A stretch of DNA of 51,418 bases from a virus (lineage: Duplodnaviria > Caudoviricetes). Numbering within the stretch: the stretch's first letter is position 1; each line of letters opens with the position of its first letter. The stretch lies in IMG/VR virus record IMGVR_UViG_3300018080_000031, positions 1-51,418 of that record; one strand, given 5' to 3'. Under the pieces are notes generated by a model that had not been told where the DNA came from, did no database searches, and saw nothing but the letters and a program-made list of their open reading frames with translations. Shown piece after piece: positions 26,869-37,191 of this stretch. A program made the position numbers and the translations under genes.

Positions 26869-28164
26869 TTACACAGTGTTGTCTAGGCCAACTCCATTAA
26901 GAACAGCGCATTTTTGAGGAAGACCAAACTCAAGACCACATTCAGTCAAGTACTCCTCATTAGTACCATCAATCCTACGCTGTCCGTAGCCTTCAGGATG
27001 AGACTTAGAAGAATTCTCACCGTAGAAAGCAGTGTCATCGATGTACTTATACTCCAGTTCCTTCGGCTCAATGATAACTCCCATGTTACGAGTAGTTGCG
27101 TCGTAAGAGAACAATGGATGAGTTTTCATATATATAGAACCAAAAGGTGTAAGCCACTCGCGAATTTTCATGCCGTAAGTTTTCTGGCCAGGATTTAAAA
27201 GTACATTACCACCTGCCATCGCAAGTGCATCGATACCGAGGAGAAAACCACTACCACAAAGACACAGTTTCTCCTCAGCACCATAACGGAAGATTTGCTC
27301 AAGGTAATATTTCAACCAAGTTTCACCGCCTGCAGCCCAGGTCTGACCTGAATAAGTTGCGTTCAACGAATAGTCATCACAGTTAGCTGCAGCATAGGTG
27401 CGAATGAAGTTGATCACACCCATAGTTGTTCGTTCCGGCTTGCCGTTATCGCCAGTGTTTTCAGTCCTAATTCCCCACAAGAACGCCAGCTCCATCTCCC
27501 ACGAATGCATCTCGAGACATTCAGCTTTGGCCTTCTGATAATCATTACCAGTGCGAAGCCTTGTCTTTCGAGCGGTTCGAGTAATGGAAAGAGGTGAGCG
27601 GAAGATCTGCGTATAATTGTAGACCTTCGTAGGGTTAAGCGCAATAGCATCTGGCATCTCACCACCCTCAGGATTGATGTTTCCAACAATCTTGAAAGTG
27701 TCGCAGTCGCTAAGATCATGCGTTGTTGAGTTGTCATCGGCTTCGAGTAATCTCACAGCAAGCACTGAGTTGACTCCGCCGTAAGCGATGTCGACTACCT
27801 TACCAATCACATCTACAGTGTAATCAGAAGCATCACGAAGAAGAATCTGATGGCCTGCCCTGACGCGGTTAGCGAGGGTTGTAGTGATTACACAATAAAG
27901 AACATCACCTGCCACACCGCCAGTCACATAAGCTGTCGTACAACCAGCATCTGTGTAGATGGCATCTACGTCACCGCCCACAGATGTCATTTCCTGTGTC
28001 CACCAATGAAACTGAGGATCGTCAACTTTCTTCGATCCCATCATTGACAAGATAGCGGTAAGTGGTGCTTGGCCGTTAGGGTAAAGTTTCAGTATCTGTT
28101 GGCGCCAGTTTAGGGGTCTCTGATCAGTGACCCAGTCGCCGGTGCCTCTCATTCCTAAGAACAT
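26869..28164 (-). CDS. Major capsid protein (SU10-like / DUF5309 type)
   Basis: NYTQIFR, ELAFLWG, RTTMGV, TPFG, EYLTECGLE. Confidence 0.88.
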   Translation of the reverse strand: MFLGMRGTGDWVTDQRPLNWRQQILKLYPNGQAPLTAILSMMGSKKVDDPQFHWWTQEMTSVGGDVDAIYTDAGCTTAYVTGGVAGDVLYCVITTTLANRVRAGHQILLRDASDYTVDVIGKVVDIAYGGVNSVLAVRLLEADDNSTTHDLSDCDTFKIVGNINPEGGEMPDAIALNPTKVYNYTQIFRSPLSITRTARKTRLRTGNDYQKAKAECLEMHSWEMELAFLWGIRTENTGDNGKPERTTMGVINFIRTYAAANCDDYSLNATYSGQTWAAGGETWLKYYLEQIFRYGAEEKLCLCGSGFLLGIDALAMAGGNVLLNPGQKTYGMKIREWLTPFGSIYMKTHPLFSYDATTRNMGVIIEPKELEYKYIDDTAFYGENSSKSHPEGYGQRRIDGTNEEYLTECGLEFGLPQKCAVLNGVGLDNTV

Positions 28165-28184
28165 AGTTTATTCCTCCATAATTG

Positions 28185-28625
28185 TTATAGTCTATATGCC
28201 ACGAAAGTGTCCGCAGCAGTCTTCCTAACCCTGAAGGTACCAGAGCTAGGAAATTCAGAGTTAACATGAGCAGACTCGATAAGAGCTTGCCCGACAATTG
28301 AAAATCCTGTGTTAGCTGTTAAGGTTATAGTGTCAGCAAGAGCTGCAGACAAGTTGATTATAGTGAAATCAAACGAATCATTGTTGATAACAAAAGATGT
28401 CAACGCATCATCCATGTCTGAACCAAGTGGCAACGTGTAAGCTTGTGTTGCCCCAGCTGAATGTGTACCAGTTATTAGGCCTCCCTTAAGGGCAGCTGCG
28501 GTAATCGTGGCAGCTACGGTCATTGCCGTAGGTGCAGTCTGCCTTTTACCGACTAATGTTCTAAACATTATTTCGGTATCACTGGTCATTATGCCACGCT
28601 TTAGTAAAAAACTTCGAAGACCCAT
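28185..28625 (-). CDS. Putative capsid decoration protein
   Basis: Ala/Thr-rich, YTLP, FDFTIIN; adjacent to the capsid gene. Confidence 0.6.
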   Translation of the reverse strand: MGLRSFLLKRGIMTSDTEIMFRTLVGKRQTAPTAMTVAATITAAALKGGLITGTHSAGATQAYTLPLGSDMDDALTSFVINNDSFDFTIINLSAALADTITLTANTGFSIVGQALIESAHVNSEFPSSGTFRVRKTAADTFVAYRL

Positions 28626-28647
28626 TAGTTAATTCCTCCAAATAAAG

Positions 28648-29016
28648 TTAAAGTACTTTGACAAATATCTGATCAAAGATAAATTTCAGCGCTCCAAGCA
28701 TATGCCAATAGAGACCATCGCTGTAAAGCAAAGCAGACTCGCATTCATTGAAGAACTCAATATCAGTCCAACATTCTGAGTCTCCTCTATCGGTGATGGT
28801 TATAGTGTTGACAGCATCTACGTCACGGCAGAGTATGCTATAAAATCTTCCTTTAGCTTCAGCGACTGGAGGTAATGTAATAGTGATCGGCCCAGTCTCA
28901 TCATTAGCTATTGGTCTCATAACGTAATTACGAGTGTTCATTTCATAGTTAGCGCCAGGATCGTGATACTTGTCAACTATAACCTTATCATGTTGAGCGC
29001 CTCTATCTTCAAGCAT
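28648..29016 (-). CDS. Virion protein, paralog of the N-terminus of 29519-30403
   Basis: Shared GAQH..DK(Y/F)HDP..ITITLPPVA(E/D)AKGR.YSIL. Confidence 0.75.
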   Translation of the reverse strand: MLEDRGAQHDKVIVDKYHDPGANYEMNTRNYVMRPIANDETGPITITLPPVAEAKGRFYSILCRDVDAVNTITITDRGDSECWTDIEFFNECESALLYSDGLYWHMLGALKFIFDQIFVKVL

Positions 29017-29025
29017 TTGAAACTC

Positions 29026-29343
29026 CTATTGAGCAAACTTCTCGTAAAGGGAAAAATGGTTTTCAGTTAGTTGCCTTCTGTCATTGAGTTGCTTTAGCAA
29101 GCCTTTAATGATTGGAGTTATAGTGCCATTTAGCTCGATTTCAACTTCACCTATTTCATCTGCAGCTTCAGGTATCCAAGATACTTTACCTCCATCTTGT
29201 TTGAAATCAAGTTTTTTAAGCTCCTCTGCATTAAAAGAAATCGCTTCTCGCCCCTCCCTGACAAGTTTTAGGGAAAGAAAGTCTCCCTTATACTCAGCCA
29301 ACATACCACCTAGTAATACTCTCTCCATCACTGATAATCTCAT
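29026..29343 (-). CDS. Hypothetical protein (possible fibre chaperone)
   Basis: AAGGAGG RBS. Confidence 0.7.
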   Translation of the reverse strand: MRLSVMERVLLGGMLAEYKGDFLSLKLVREGREAISFNAEELKKLDFKQDGGKVSWIPEAADEIGEVEIELNGTITPIIKGLLKQLNDRRQLTENHFSLYEKFAQ

Positions 29344-29378
29344 TTTCCCCTCCTTAGAGAAATAAGGTTAGTGGTTAG

Positions 29379-29474
29379 TTACTTCTTAGGCACAGATTTA
29401 GTGCCTTTTGGTTTCTTCTTAGGCAATGCCTTGATAGCATCAACCCTAGATTTAACTGCTTTCTCTTCAGCCAT
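29379..29474 (-). CDS. Small Lys-rich peptide (31 aa)
   Basis: GGAGG RBS; MAEEKAVKSRVDAIKALPKKKPKGTKSVPKK. Confidence 0.5.
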   Translation of the reverse strand: MAEEKAVKSRVDAIKALPKKKPKGTKSVPKK

Positions 29475-29491
29475 TAGTTGTCCTCCAAAAA

Positions 29492-29516
29492 AGATTGTTT
29501 AATTATTAAACGGTCT
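29492..29516. repeat. 25-bp quasi-palindrome copy 13
   Basis: AGATTGTTTAATTATTAAACGGTCT. Confidence 0.9.
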
Positions 29517-29518
29517 GA

Positions 29519-30403
29519 TTATGCCCACGCCTGATCGTCAGACAGTGCTAGGTAATAAGTATCACCATTTATACGGCATTTTAAGAACCCATCAGCAGCA
29601 TTTGCAGTATGATCATAGAAGAAATCACCTGCACCACTCGTCACGCCGTTGATGTCAAAGAGAAATCCAGCGTCATCAAATTGAGTCGCTTCATCACCCC
29701 AGACATTTACGCCAAGTATTGCTATAGGAACTCCACCACCTACGTATGATGTAGGCAGGTTAACTTCAGCTTCATACAGCCAGTAAGTTCCACTTCCACC
29801 AGGAACTGCTCCACCAGGCATGTCAAGTTCGGCGCAGACTACACCGATGAGACCAGTTACATAACCGCTATCCATTAAGTTAACAACTGCACAAACTGCA
29901 TTTCCCCATGCTCCGAGCTGAACATCTGAGAACAGTGTGACTCGCATAGTCTCGCATTGATTTACAGCAGAAGCAGCGTCCAAAATCAACTGGACACGGT
30001 CAGTGTTAATGTTGTAAGTGTTATCCACCCTAGAAGAAGTGAACTGAGCTGCCCTAACACCACTAGGGAAGATCATCCACTTTCGACCATCAGAGTAGAA
30101 CCACGCACCTTGGCCATCCTCATAAAACACAATGTCAGCGATCCAGTCTTCACTGTCATCATTGTTGTCTTCCACAGTGACAGGGTAAGCAGCACTGGCA
30201 CCACCGTCAGGGATTAGGATAGAATACATCCTACCTTTCGCATCCGCCACAGGTGGAAGAGTTATAGTAATTGCAGCGGCTTCATCAACAGCATTTGGTC
30301 GCAGTGTGTAGTCACGGGTAGTCATTTCGTAATCCACTAAGGGATCATGAAACTTGTCCGGCACTGCCATCTGGTGTTGAGCGCCATTTCTTTCAAGAGC
30401 CAT
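29519..30403 (-). CDS. Putative head fibre/decoration protein
   Basis: N-terminal domain paralogous to 28648-29016; fibre-like LKCRINGDTYYLAL C-terminus. Confidence 0.65.
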   Translation of the reverse strand: MALERNGAQHQMAVPDKFHDPLVDYEMTTRDYTLRPNAVDEAAAITITLPPVADAKGRMYSILIPDGGASAAYPVTVEDNNDDSEDWIADIVFYEDGQGAWFYSDGRKWMIFPSGVRAAQFTSSRVDNTYNINTDRVQLILDAASAVNQCETMRVTLFSDVQLGAWGNAVCAVVNLMDSGYVTGLIGVVCAELDMPGGAVPGGSGTYWLYEAEVNLPTSYVGGGVPIAILGVNVWGDEATQFDDAGFLFDINGVTSGAGDFFYDHTANAADGFLKCRINGDTYYLALSDDQAWA

Positions 30404-30406
30404 AAG

Positions 30407-31300
30407 TTATACCTCCGATAAAGTTTTATTCATTTGGTCAATCTCATTTTGAATGGGAGTGACATCTGGTTTAGTTGATTTTTGTCTAGGTTGACTCTTT
30501 TTACGAGGCAGCCTAGGTTTAGGTTCCTGTGGTGACTGGTTAGGGTTAATAGCTTTTTTGTAAAGCTCAAGCCGCTTGCGAGATTCTTTTTCCACGTCCT
30601 CAAGTATCTCTTCCATTCTCTTGTCAGGGTTATTAGCTGCAACTTCCTCAAATACGGCGCTGACAACTCGTTTAAATGGCTTGAGGTCCTCGTTAGCTTC
30701 GTAGAAATCCTCGCTTGCTTTTCGTAACGAGATTACAGTTGCTACGTTGTTCTTTACAATCTCAGGTAAGGATCGCAAGATGTTTTCACCGAGTACTTTT
30801 CTGGCCGAGTCAATGCCTTGTGTGTAGACCTTATTTAAAAGCTTATTCAACTCAGCCGGGTCTCTGGTTAAATCATCTACATCCACACCACCTAAGAAGT
30901 CAACTTCTTCTATTTCAAGTTTTTCTGGTTTAGGTTCAGGTTTAGGTTCTTCCTTTGGTTCTGGTTTAGGTTCAGGTTCTTTAGGTGCTGAGAGATCATC
31001 TACTCGCTTTCTCAGCTCCTCATTTTCTCTTTTGATCCTGTCGAGTTCTGGTTCTTCTGGTTTAGGTTCTTCTTCAATTTCTTCAGGTTTCTCTTCAGTT
31101 GTTTCTTCAACTTTTTCCTCAACTTCTTCCTCGCCTTTTCCTTCCTCTTCATCTCCTTCAGACTCGGCAGATTCATCTTCCTTTACTTCCTCCTTAGGTT
31201 CTTCAGGCTCAGGTTCAGGCTCCTCTTCAGAAACCGTAACAGAAGGTTCATCAGTTACTTTTAACATCTCATCAATTTGGTCCTCAATACTTTGTGGCAT
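30407..31300 (-). CDS. Capsid scaffolding protein
   Basis: Very acidic Glu/Pro-rich N-terminus, coiled coil; between portal and capsid genes. Confidence 0.75.
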   Translation of the reverse strand: MPQSIEDQIDEMLKVTDEPSVTVSEEEPEPEPEEPKEEVKEDESAESEGDEEEGKGEEEVEEKVEETTEEKPEEIEEEPKPEEPELDRIKRENEELRKRVDDLSAPKEPEPKPEPKEEPKPEPKPEKLEIEEVDFLGGVDVDDLTRDPAELNKLLNKVYTQGIDSARKVLGENILRSLPEIVKNNVATVISLRKASEDFYEANEDLKPFKRVVSAVFEEVAANNPDKRMEEILEDVEKESRKRLELYKKAINPNQSPQEPKPRLPRKKSQPRQKSTKPDVTPIQNEIDQMNKTLSEV

Positions 31301-31316
31301 AGCTAACCTCCGATTA

Positions 31317-31341
31317 AGATTGTTTAATTATTAAACGGTCT
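31317..31341. repeat. 25-bp quasi-palindrome copy 14
   Basis: AGATTGTTTAATTATTAAACGGTCT. Confidence 0.9.
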
Positions 31342-31809
31342 TTATACATTCGCAGCTCGGTCGACCTCTCTCCAATAACCATCTGTTCCGGCTCCGTCAC
31401 CTCCTACGTTGACAAGAACTAGTACATCATCTATTGCAGGGCTGTAGTCACCACCTGCAGGGGCTAGGTTTAAGTGAAACGTACCGTTAGCTTTTGTATT
31501 GCTATCGGTTATGTCTATGTTTGTGTCTTGGAAAATTAGCATCTTAATCATTCCTTGAGTTCCGCCGAGGAAGGCTGTCAAAGCACAAGCAGCACCTGAG
31601 TTTGAGATAATTAAGGTTTCGTAACCTTCTTCACTTAACTCAGTTCCGATAGTAAGTGTCGTCGCTCCGGCGATGTCCAGTGATTGCGCACCTACTGCAC
31701 CAGTACCTGATAAACTAATTGAGTTCATCTCAACTCTATTAGCTCTTATATAACTCGGCAGTTCACTAACTAAGACACTATCTTCAGGTTTCGTCGCGTC
31801 TATTGTCAT
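31342..31809 (-). CDS. Putative virion protein
   Basis: GGAGGAG RBS before MTIDATKP; beta-rich, WREVDR end. Confidence 0.7.
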   Translation of the reverse strand: MTIDATKPEDSVLVSELPSYIRANRVEMNSISLSGTGAVGAQSLDIAGATTLTIGTELSEEGYETLIISNSGAACALTAFLGGTQGMIKMLIFQDTNIDITDSNTKANGTFHLNLAPAGGDYSPAIDDVLVLVNVGGDGAGTDGYWREVDRAANV

Positions 31810-32083
31810 TCTTTTGCTCCTCCAATATTTGTAAGAAAATGTCAGGTAAAGACAATAGATAATCAACTGTCTTTATTCTTCCATTTAAGTCGCCTAAATG
31901 TGTTAGTACAGATGCAGAGCTTGGATTAGTTTCAGCGATGTCTTCTACCATGGTTCTAGTTTCTATTTCAAATCCTTTCTTCCAAGCACCTAATTCACGT
32001 TTAATGTCTTTCCATATGAAAGATTTTTTAAATTCAAGTATCTGATCCTTTGTAGCTCTAACTAATACTTTTTTATCTTCCAT
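31784..32083 (-). CDS. Small protein downstream of portal (Bbp19-like position)
   Basis: FKKSFIWK...LNGRI...LLSLP; synteny. Confidence 0.65.
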   Translation of the reverse strand: MEDKKVLVRATKDQILEFKKSFIWKDIKRELGAWKKGFEIETRTMVEDIAETNPSSASVLTHLGDLNGRIKTVDYLLSLPDIFLQILEEQKNDNRRDET

Positions 32084-34035
32084 TAAGCAGCTCCTATGGG
32101 AACTAAGTTACCTGCCTGAGCTTGTTGTTCAACTTGTTCATCAGGCATAGTTTGACCTTGAACTTGGTTAATATTTCGTCTAAAATCTTCTACATTCTTA
32201 GCACCTAATTGCTGAGCTATGTACATGAAGATTCTTGTTACATCAAACTGTTGCATAAGTTCAGGTGTTGTACCAATGATCTTAAACATCTCAACCCAAA
32301 CTTCAGAGAAGTTACCTCCAGGTATTGAACCGTCCCTTGGTATGAAGTCTACTCCAACAGCTAAGTCGTAAGGCGAAACAGGTATTGAACCTGAGGTTTT
32401 TCCAAAGTTTTTTGCAAGCTGTTCTCGGTACCTTCCTGTAATTCTTACGAATTGTTCTTCTGATAAATACTGCTGTGTATGAACTGCATATTGAGTACCT
32501 ATATCTTGCATGAACTGCATACCTATTAGCATAGCAATTCGTTGTAAGCGTGACATTGCGCTACTTCGAGTCCCTTGGAATTCACCTCTTGTGAGTCGCT
32601 CAGGACCTGATTGACGAAGCGCGCCTTGCATAGAGGTGTCGGCACCACTTATTCGATCCATCCAGCTTGTTATGTATGCTGAGTCAGCTATATTGTTTCT
32701 TGTTATGTCATTTACACCAAGTTGCTGTACAACCTTGTCAACTCCACGTCCCCAAGCAGGTCGACGTAACCTGATTAATTTCCCAGGTTCTGGGTCTTTC
32801 AAGTCATTAATATTAACCAGATAAGGATCAACAACCAGCATATCATTAATGGCTTTGCGTACATTAGATACATGGCTATTAAATAGGAAATCAAGAGTGT
32901 GCTGAAGTCCATATAACACCTCCATTCGGCCGATAGGTGTTGCTGAGTAACCGTCGAACTCAGGTGATGCCACAGCAACTGGATACATCCCGTGGTTGTG
33001 AGTTGCTTTCTCACACCTTGTTATTACATCATCTGCTGATAATGTGAAGAACCATTTCTCAGGATATTCACTATCGCCGAGTTCCCACTCTTTTGGAATT
33101 AAGTTAACATACATATTAATGTTGTCTACAGGACTTGTAGAACCTGTCAAGCCACGGCGCACGTCAGTTGCACCACCTAACTTTGTTTCCCTTTCTGATT
33201 GATCATTCGCTAATGATGATTTCTTATCTTTCTTAGCATGAAGATACCTAACATTAAACATTCCTGAGTTAGGTTGATTTTCTTCAGAAAGCATATTCAT
33301 TAAGTTATCACGATCTACCCAGCCTACAAACTCACCGTCTTGAGTGTTATTAGATGAGACAGATGGATCAGGTAGAAACATATAAGGGTCGATGTTGCTT
33401 AGATCATTGCCTTCGAATAGTAAAGATTCTATGTAATTTACTGTGTTCTCAGTCTGCTCACCAATATCTGACCTGGTTACAATAGAAGACTTAATTGCTT
33501 TTTTACCATATATCTGCTTCCACCCAGGTATTGCCGGACCTATACCGTAACATAGTGAATCGCGCAGTGATGTGTGAACTGCTAATGGCACCTTATTCTT
33601 AATACAATGAAGGCGAATAACTAACTCCATTAACATTGCACCTATTGTGTCGTCATCTTCCACTCCTTCATATTGAAACATAGGGTCTTGAAAGAAAGCC
33701 ATTGTCAAATAAGTCAACAACGCTTCGAGCATTGAGTAAGAATAAGGAAAGACTATTGACACAGGCTTTGATGTATCTTTCTTTTGCAGTGCTTGTTCCT
33801 TGTCTTTCAACGGAATGTAGATAGTCATCTTCCTATCAACTTCTCTCCAAGCAGGAAAGCGCTTAGACATTTCATTCCTTGACTCCCTAGCACGAGTCCA
33901 GATCTTGTTTCGTAAGTTAGTGTGAAACTTAGAATCTGGTTTTAGATCAAGCTCATAGGGATAGTCATAGTCATATTCTTTTCTTGTGTAGTCAACTTTC
34001 GTAGTGTCAGACTCACCTGTTACAATATAAGGCAT
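32083..34035 (-). CDS. Portal protein
   Basis: 650 aa; DSLCYG, IDPYMFLPDP, PGKLI, RISGA...TRGE; Gln-rich C-terminus. Confidence 0.85.
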   Translation of the reverse strand: MPYIVTGESDTTKVDYTRKEYDYDYPYELDLKPDSKFHTNLRNKIWTRARESRNEMSKRFPAWREVDRKMTIYIPLKDKEQALQKKDTSKPVSIVFPYSYSMLEALLTYLTMAFFQDPMFQYEGVEDDDTIGAMLMELVIRLHCIKNKVPLAVHTSLRDSLCYGIGPAIPGWKQIYGKKAIKSSIVTRSDIGEQTENTVNYIESLLFEGNDLSNIDPYMFLPDPSVSSNNTQDGEFVGWVDRDNLMNMLSEENQPNSGMFNVRYLHAKKDKKSSLANDQSERETKLGGATDVRRGLTGSTSPVDNINMYVNLIPKEWELGDSEYPEKWFFTLSADDVITRCEKATHNHGMYPVAVASPEFDGYSATPIGRMEVLYGLQHTLDFLFNSHVSNVRKAINDMLVVDPYLVNINDLKDPEPGKLIRLRRPAWGRGVDKVVQQLGVNDITRNNIADSAYITSWMDRISGADTSMQGALRQSGPERLTRGEFQGTRSSAMSRLQRIAMLIGMQFMQDIGTQYAVHTQQYLSEEQFVRITGRYREQLAKNFGKTSGSIPVSPYDLAVGVDFIPRDGSIPGGNFSEVWVEMFKIIGTTPELMQQFDVTRIFMYIAQQLGAKNVEDFRRNINQVQGQTMPDEQVEQQAQAGNLVPIGAA

Positions 34036-34055
34036 TTTATAACCTTCTCCATAAG

Positions 34056-36605
34056 TTAAAAAGGAACATCATTCATCTCAACAATATCTTCTGCCGGAAC
34101 TGTGTTTATTTTAGAGTAATCAGTTACTGTGTTTACAGTTTTTAATCCACTCGGAGCATCACCTGAATGAGTTATCACGAATGTAGGATCTGCGCCCAAG
34201 TAAGCAGCTGCTAAACACGAATCAGGTACGTCTACAGTAACTGTTTCGTTTATAGTAATGCTATAAGCTGCTACAGCTGGTAGAGTTACAGTTACTACAG
34301 TATCACTTGTACGAACAACTTCATTAAAATCTAACTCACCAGCAGTGATCATCTGAGCATCCCAACCACCTGCTTGTGCCTGATTCGAGTCCATTCCAGC
34401 TATTAATGCAGTGGTCTCAGCACTGTTATTACCAACATCTGCATCCCATGTAGTGTTGGTTACAGTTAGAATGATAGTCTCACCACCAGCTATTATCTCA
34501 GACTCATCGACGTTGTCAGCTACCGTTCCGGTAAGTGTGAGGATAACAGAAGCATCATCTTCCAATACAAGAAAAGTTGGAGACGCAACTGGAGTTGTAC
34601 CAGTTGATGTTATACAGCTGTCAGGAACTGTGATGGTTATAGTTTCATTAGCAGTTATAGCATAAGCAGCTTCGGCCGGTAAAGTTATTGTAACAACTGT
34701 ATCGTTTGTGCGAACTATGTCTGTGTGATCTAAGTCTGCCTTAACCTCTGCGTCCCAGCCATTAGCCTCTGATTGCGCCGAATCTATCCCTGCAATCAAA
34801 GCTGTAGTCAAAGCATTATTGTCTCCAACTGTGGCTTCCCATTCACAGTTGCTTAAGGTAATGATAATAGTTTCACCACCAGCTACTACTTCTGACTCTA
34901 AGACATTTCCAGATACTGCAGTTCCAGATAATGCAGCTGAAGGTACAGCTCCACCGGTGTAGACATAAGCGCCTCTTTCCCATGAGCCATAGGTGTCCTG
35001 GTCTACTGTTCGAACAGTTGGAGGAAATGTAGACCAGTCTACATAAGAATCATCTAAGCAATCATCCCAGTACATGTTGTAAGTTATACCTTGTACTGTA
35101 ATGCTTCCAGCAAGACCACTTAAATCCTTTCCATTATCTTTGCATGCAGAACCACCTGTTAATGTGTAGTCATACCCAGCTGCATTATTAAATCCAGGAT
35201 CTCCATCTGCCCCGGCCGGAGCATCATTCTCCAAACCGTAAGATGCCTGCAACGTAGCGACTGACCTATCTCCACCTGAGTAATAGACAACTGACGTTTG
35301 TCCTGGCCAGTAATACTGGTCATGTTCCAAAGATGTAATAGCTGATGAATTAGTCAAGTCCATTTGAACATAGTCAGCTTCATTAGGACGGTTTTTGTAT
35401 AAGATATTGTTCTTAATATTAACTTCAGAAGAAGCAACTCCAGTGCCTATACCAATCCCAGAGACCGAGCCACTTATTGGATTCGTTGCATTTTCACAGA
35501 TTGTGTTGTTGTAGATATTGACATTCTTGACTTCATCACTATCTGCATATCTATGAACTTGAATCCCTGACCATTTTGAGGATTTATAGATAACATTAGC
35601 CCATATATGGACGTTTTCGCAGTCTATTCCATTTGTACCATAGTGGTTGCCATCACCTGTGTCGTGATAAGGAGTTACAAAGATATTTATAGCATTATCC
35701 CATACTCTATTTCCATATATATAAAATCCATCCACATCAGCAGCAGCAGATATTCCCATACTTTCATTACTAGAGTCATGGCCGTAGACATCGTTAAATC
35801 TTATGATAAAATCTTCTCCACTTTTCCCACCGATACCGTCTTCCTGGCTACCCCAGTTATGGTTGAATACCTCATTATACTCAATTAAAAAGCGCTTAGA
35901 CATAACAGCACCGGCACCCTCCCAAGAGATACCGGCAGTTCCGTAGTTACCTTCTGTACCGTCCGCCCAGGACTTATTATAACTGATTATACAATCAGTA
36001 GTATAGGCAGCTTTTACATCATAACCAGCTGTCCCAGAACCGATATTTTTAAAGTTGTTTCCATCACCAGATGCTCCACCTATTGTTATGTATGTGTTCG
36101 GAGTGGAGTAGTTAGACGATCCAAAGATGCCCCTGTTTTCTATATGATGGATGTAGTTACGACGTATAGTAATATGATCACTACCACCAGTTCCATTACC
36201 GTATACTATTCCCTCACCACAGTCTCTGATCTCAAAGTCTTGAATTATTATATAATCATTAGTTGAATTTAAAGATATTCCATGATCACCAGAGCCATAG
36301 CTGTCTAAGTCAATAGTACAATGTGTCCCACCTGGAGCACCTATAGGATCGTAGTCACCACCTTGATATCCATCAAATGTAACTGGATTTCCAGATGTAC
36401 CATATATCTGCGGAGACACCTTTGTTGTGATATTCGCTGTAGTGTCGAAGTAATAAGTGTTACCACCTTTGTCTCCAGTCAAGGCATTGAAATCAGCTAC
36501 TGAATAATCTGTTAATACACCAGACTGAGAAACAGTAAAGTTAGCTGCATGAGCAGTTGTTAGAAATAGACTTAAAATCAACGTAAGTAATAGTAATCTT
36601 TTCAT
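34056..36605 (-). CDS. Signal-peptide right-handed beta-helix protein with two tandem C-terminal domains
   Basis: MKRLLLLTLILSLFLTTAHA; I-x-x-N beta-helix repeats; WERGAY; duplicated ESE(V/I)(V/I)AGGETII...VPDSC domain. Confidence 0.85.
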   Translation of the reverse strand: MKRLLLLTLILSLFLTTAHAANFTVSQSGVLTDYSVADFNALTGDKGGNTYYFDTTANITTKVSPQIYGTSGNPVTFDGYQGGDYDPIGAPGGTHCTIDLDSYGSGDHGISLNSTNDYIIIQDFEIRDCGEGIVYGNGTGGSDHITIRRNYIHHIENRGIFGSSNYSTPNTYITIGGASGDGNNFKNIGSGTAGYDVKAAYTTDCIISYNKSWADGTEGNYGTAGISWEGAGAVMSKRFLIEYNEVFNHNWGSQEDGIGGKSGEDFIIRFNDVYGHDSSNESMGISAAADVDGFYIYGNRVWDNAINIFVTPYHDTGDGNHYGTNGIDCENVHIWANVIYKSSKWSGIQVHRYADSDEVKNVNIYNNTICENATNPISGSVSGIGIGTGVASSEVNIKNNILYKNRPNEADYVQMDLTNSSAITSLEHDQYYWPGQTSVVYYSGGDRSVATLQASYGLENDAPAGADGDPGFNNAAGYDYTLTGGSACKDNGKDLSGLAGSITVQGITYNMYWDDCLDDSYVDWSTFPPTVRTVDQDTYGSWERGAYVYTGGAVPSAALSGTAVSGNVLESEVVAGGETIIITLSNCEWEATVGDNNALTTALIAGIDSAQSEANGWDAEVKADLDHTDIVRTNDTVVTITLPAEAAYAITANETITITVPDSCITSTGTTPVASPTFLVLEDDASVILTLTGTVADNVDESEIIAGGETIILTVTNTTWDADVGNNSAETTALIAGMDSNQAQAGGWDAQMITAGELDFNEVVRTSDTVVTVTLPAVAAYSITINETVTVDVPDSCLAAAYLGADPTFVITHSGDAPSGLKTVNTVTDYSKINTVPAEDIVEMNDVPF

Positions 36606-36607
36606 AT

Positions 36608-37165
36608 CTAAATCTCAATCACCGTGCTGTCGGGTCTGAAGTAAATTGTATTAGCGCTTAGTGCAAAACCTATTCGTTGAACTTGGTCACCTGCACCTAC
36701 AGGAGCAGTTTGAGTCATTGCGCCTGTTGTGCAAGAGACATATAAAGGACCTGCAGACCATCCCCAGGCGGTGTTACAGATTTGACCTTCTAACAATACC
36801 TTCTTAGAACCAGCTCCTGCTTCAAGCGCCATAGCGACACAGAGCATAGTCGCTGCAGAATCTGCGTCTGTGCGCTCGTAGTGGAAATCATTAGCGCAGT
36901 ATAAAGGATTGCCAAAAGCAGCACTTGCATCGTCTACAGTCACCGTCATTATGGTACCTTGATAGGTACCGTTTACTGTTAATATACCCTCATGAACCAG
37001 GTCTTCAGCTTCAGGGGCTGGGTCACCTAGCCTTAACACGTCATTTGCGTCAGTAGGTGCTCCGGCCTTTATTGGAGCATCAGTTTCGATGGCAGAGTCA
37101 AAGTCTCCATCGTCGTAAGCTACGATATCTTCAGCACTTCCTATTCTTACAGTTTGTATTGCCAT
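36608..37165 (-). CDS. Putative head decoration/cement-like protein
   Basis: GPLYVS..GAMTQTAP...VQRIGFALSAN pattern. Confidence 0.6.
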   Translation of the reverse strand: MAIQTVRIGSAEDIVAYDDGDFDSAIETDAPIKAGAPTDANDVLRLGDPAPEAEDLVHEGILTVNGTYQGTIMTVTVDDASAAFGNPLYCANDFHYERTDADSAATMLCVAMALEAGAGSKKVLLEGQICNTAWGWSAGPLYVSCTTGAMTQTAPVGAGDQVQRIGFALSANTIYFRPDSTVIEI

Positions 37166-37166
37166 A

Positions 37167-37191
37167 AGTTCGTTTAATTATTGAACGATCT
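37167..37191. repeat. 25-bp quasi-palindrome copy 15
   Basis: AGTTCGTTTAATTATTGAACGATCT, overlapping KIVQ-stop. Confidence 0.87.
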
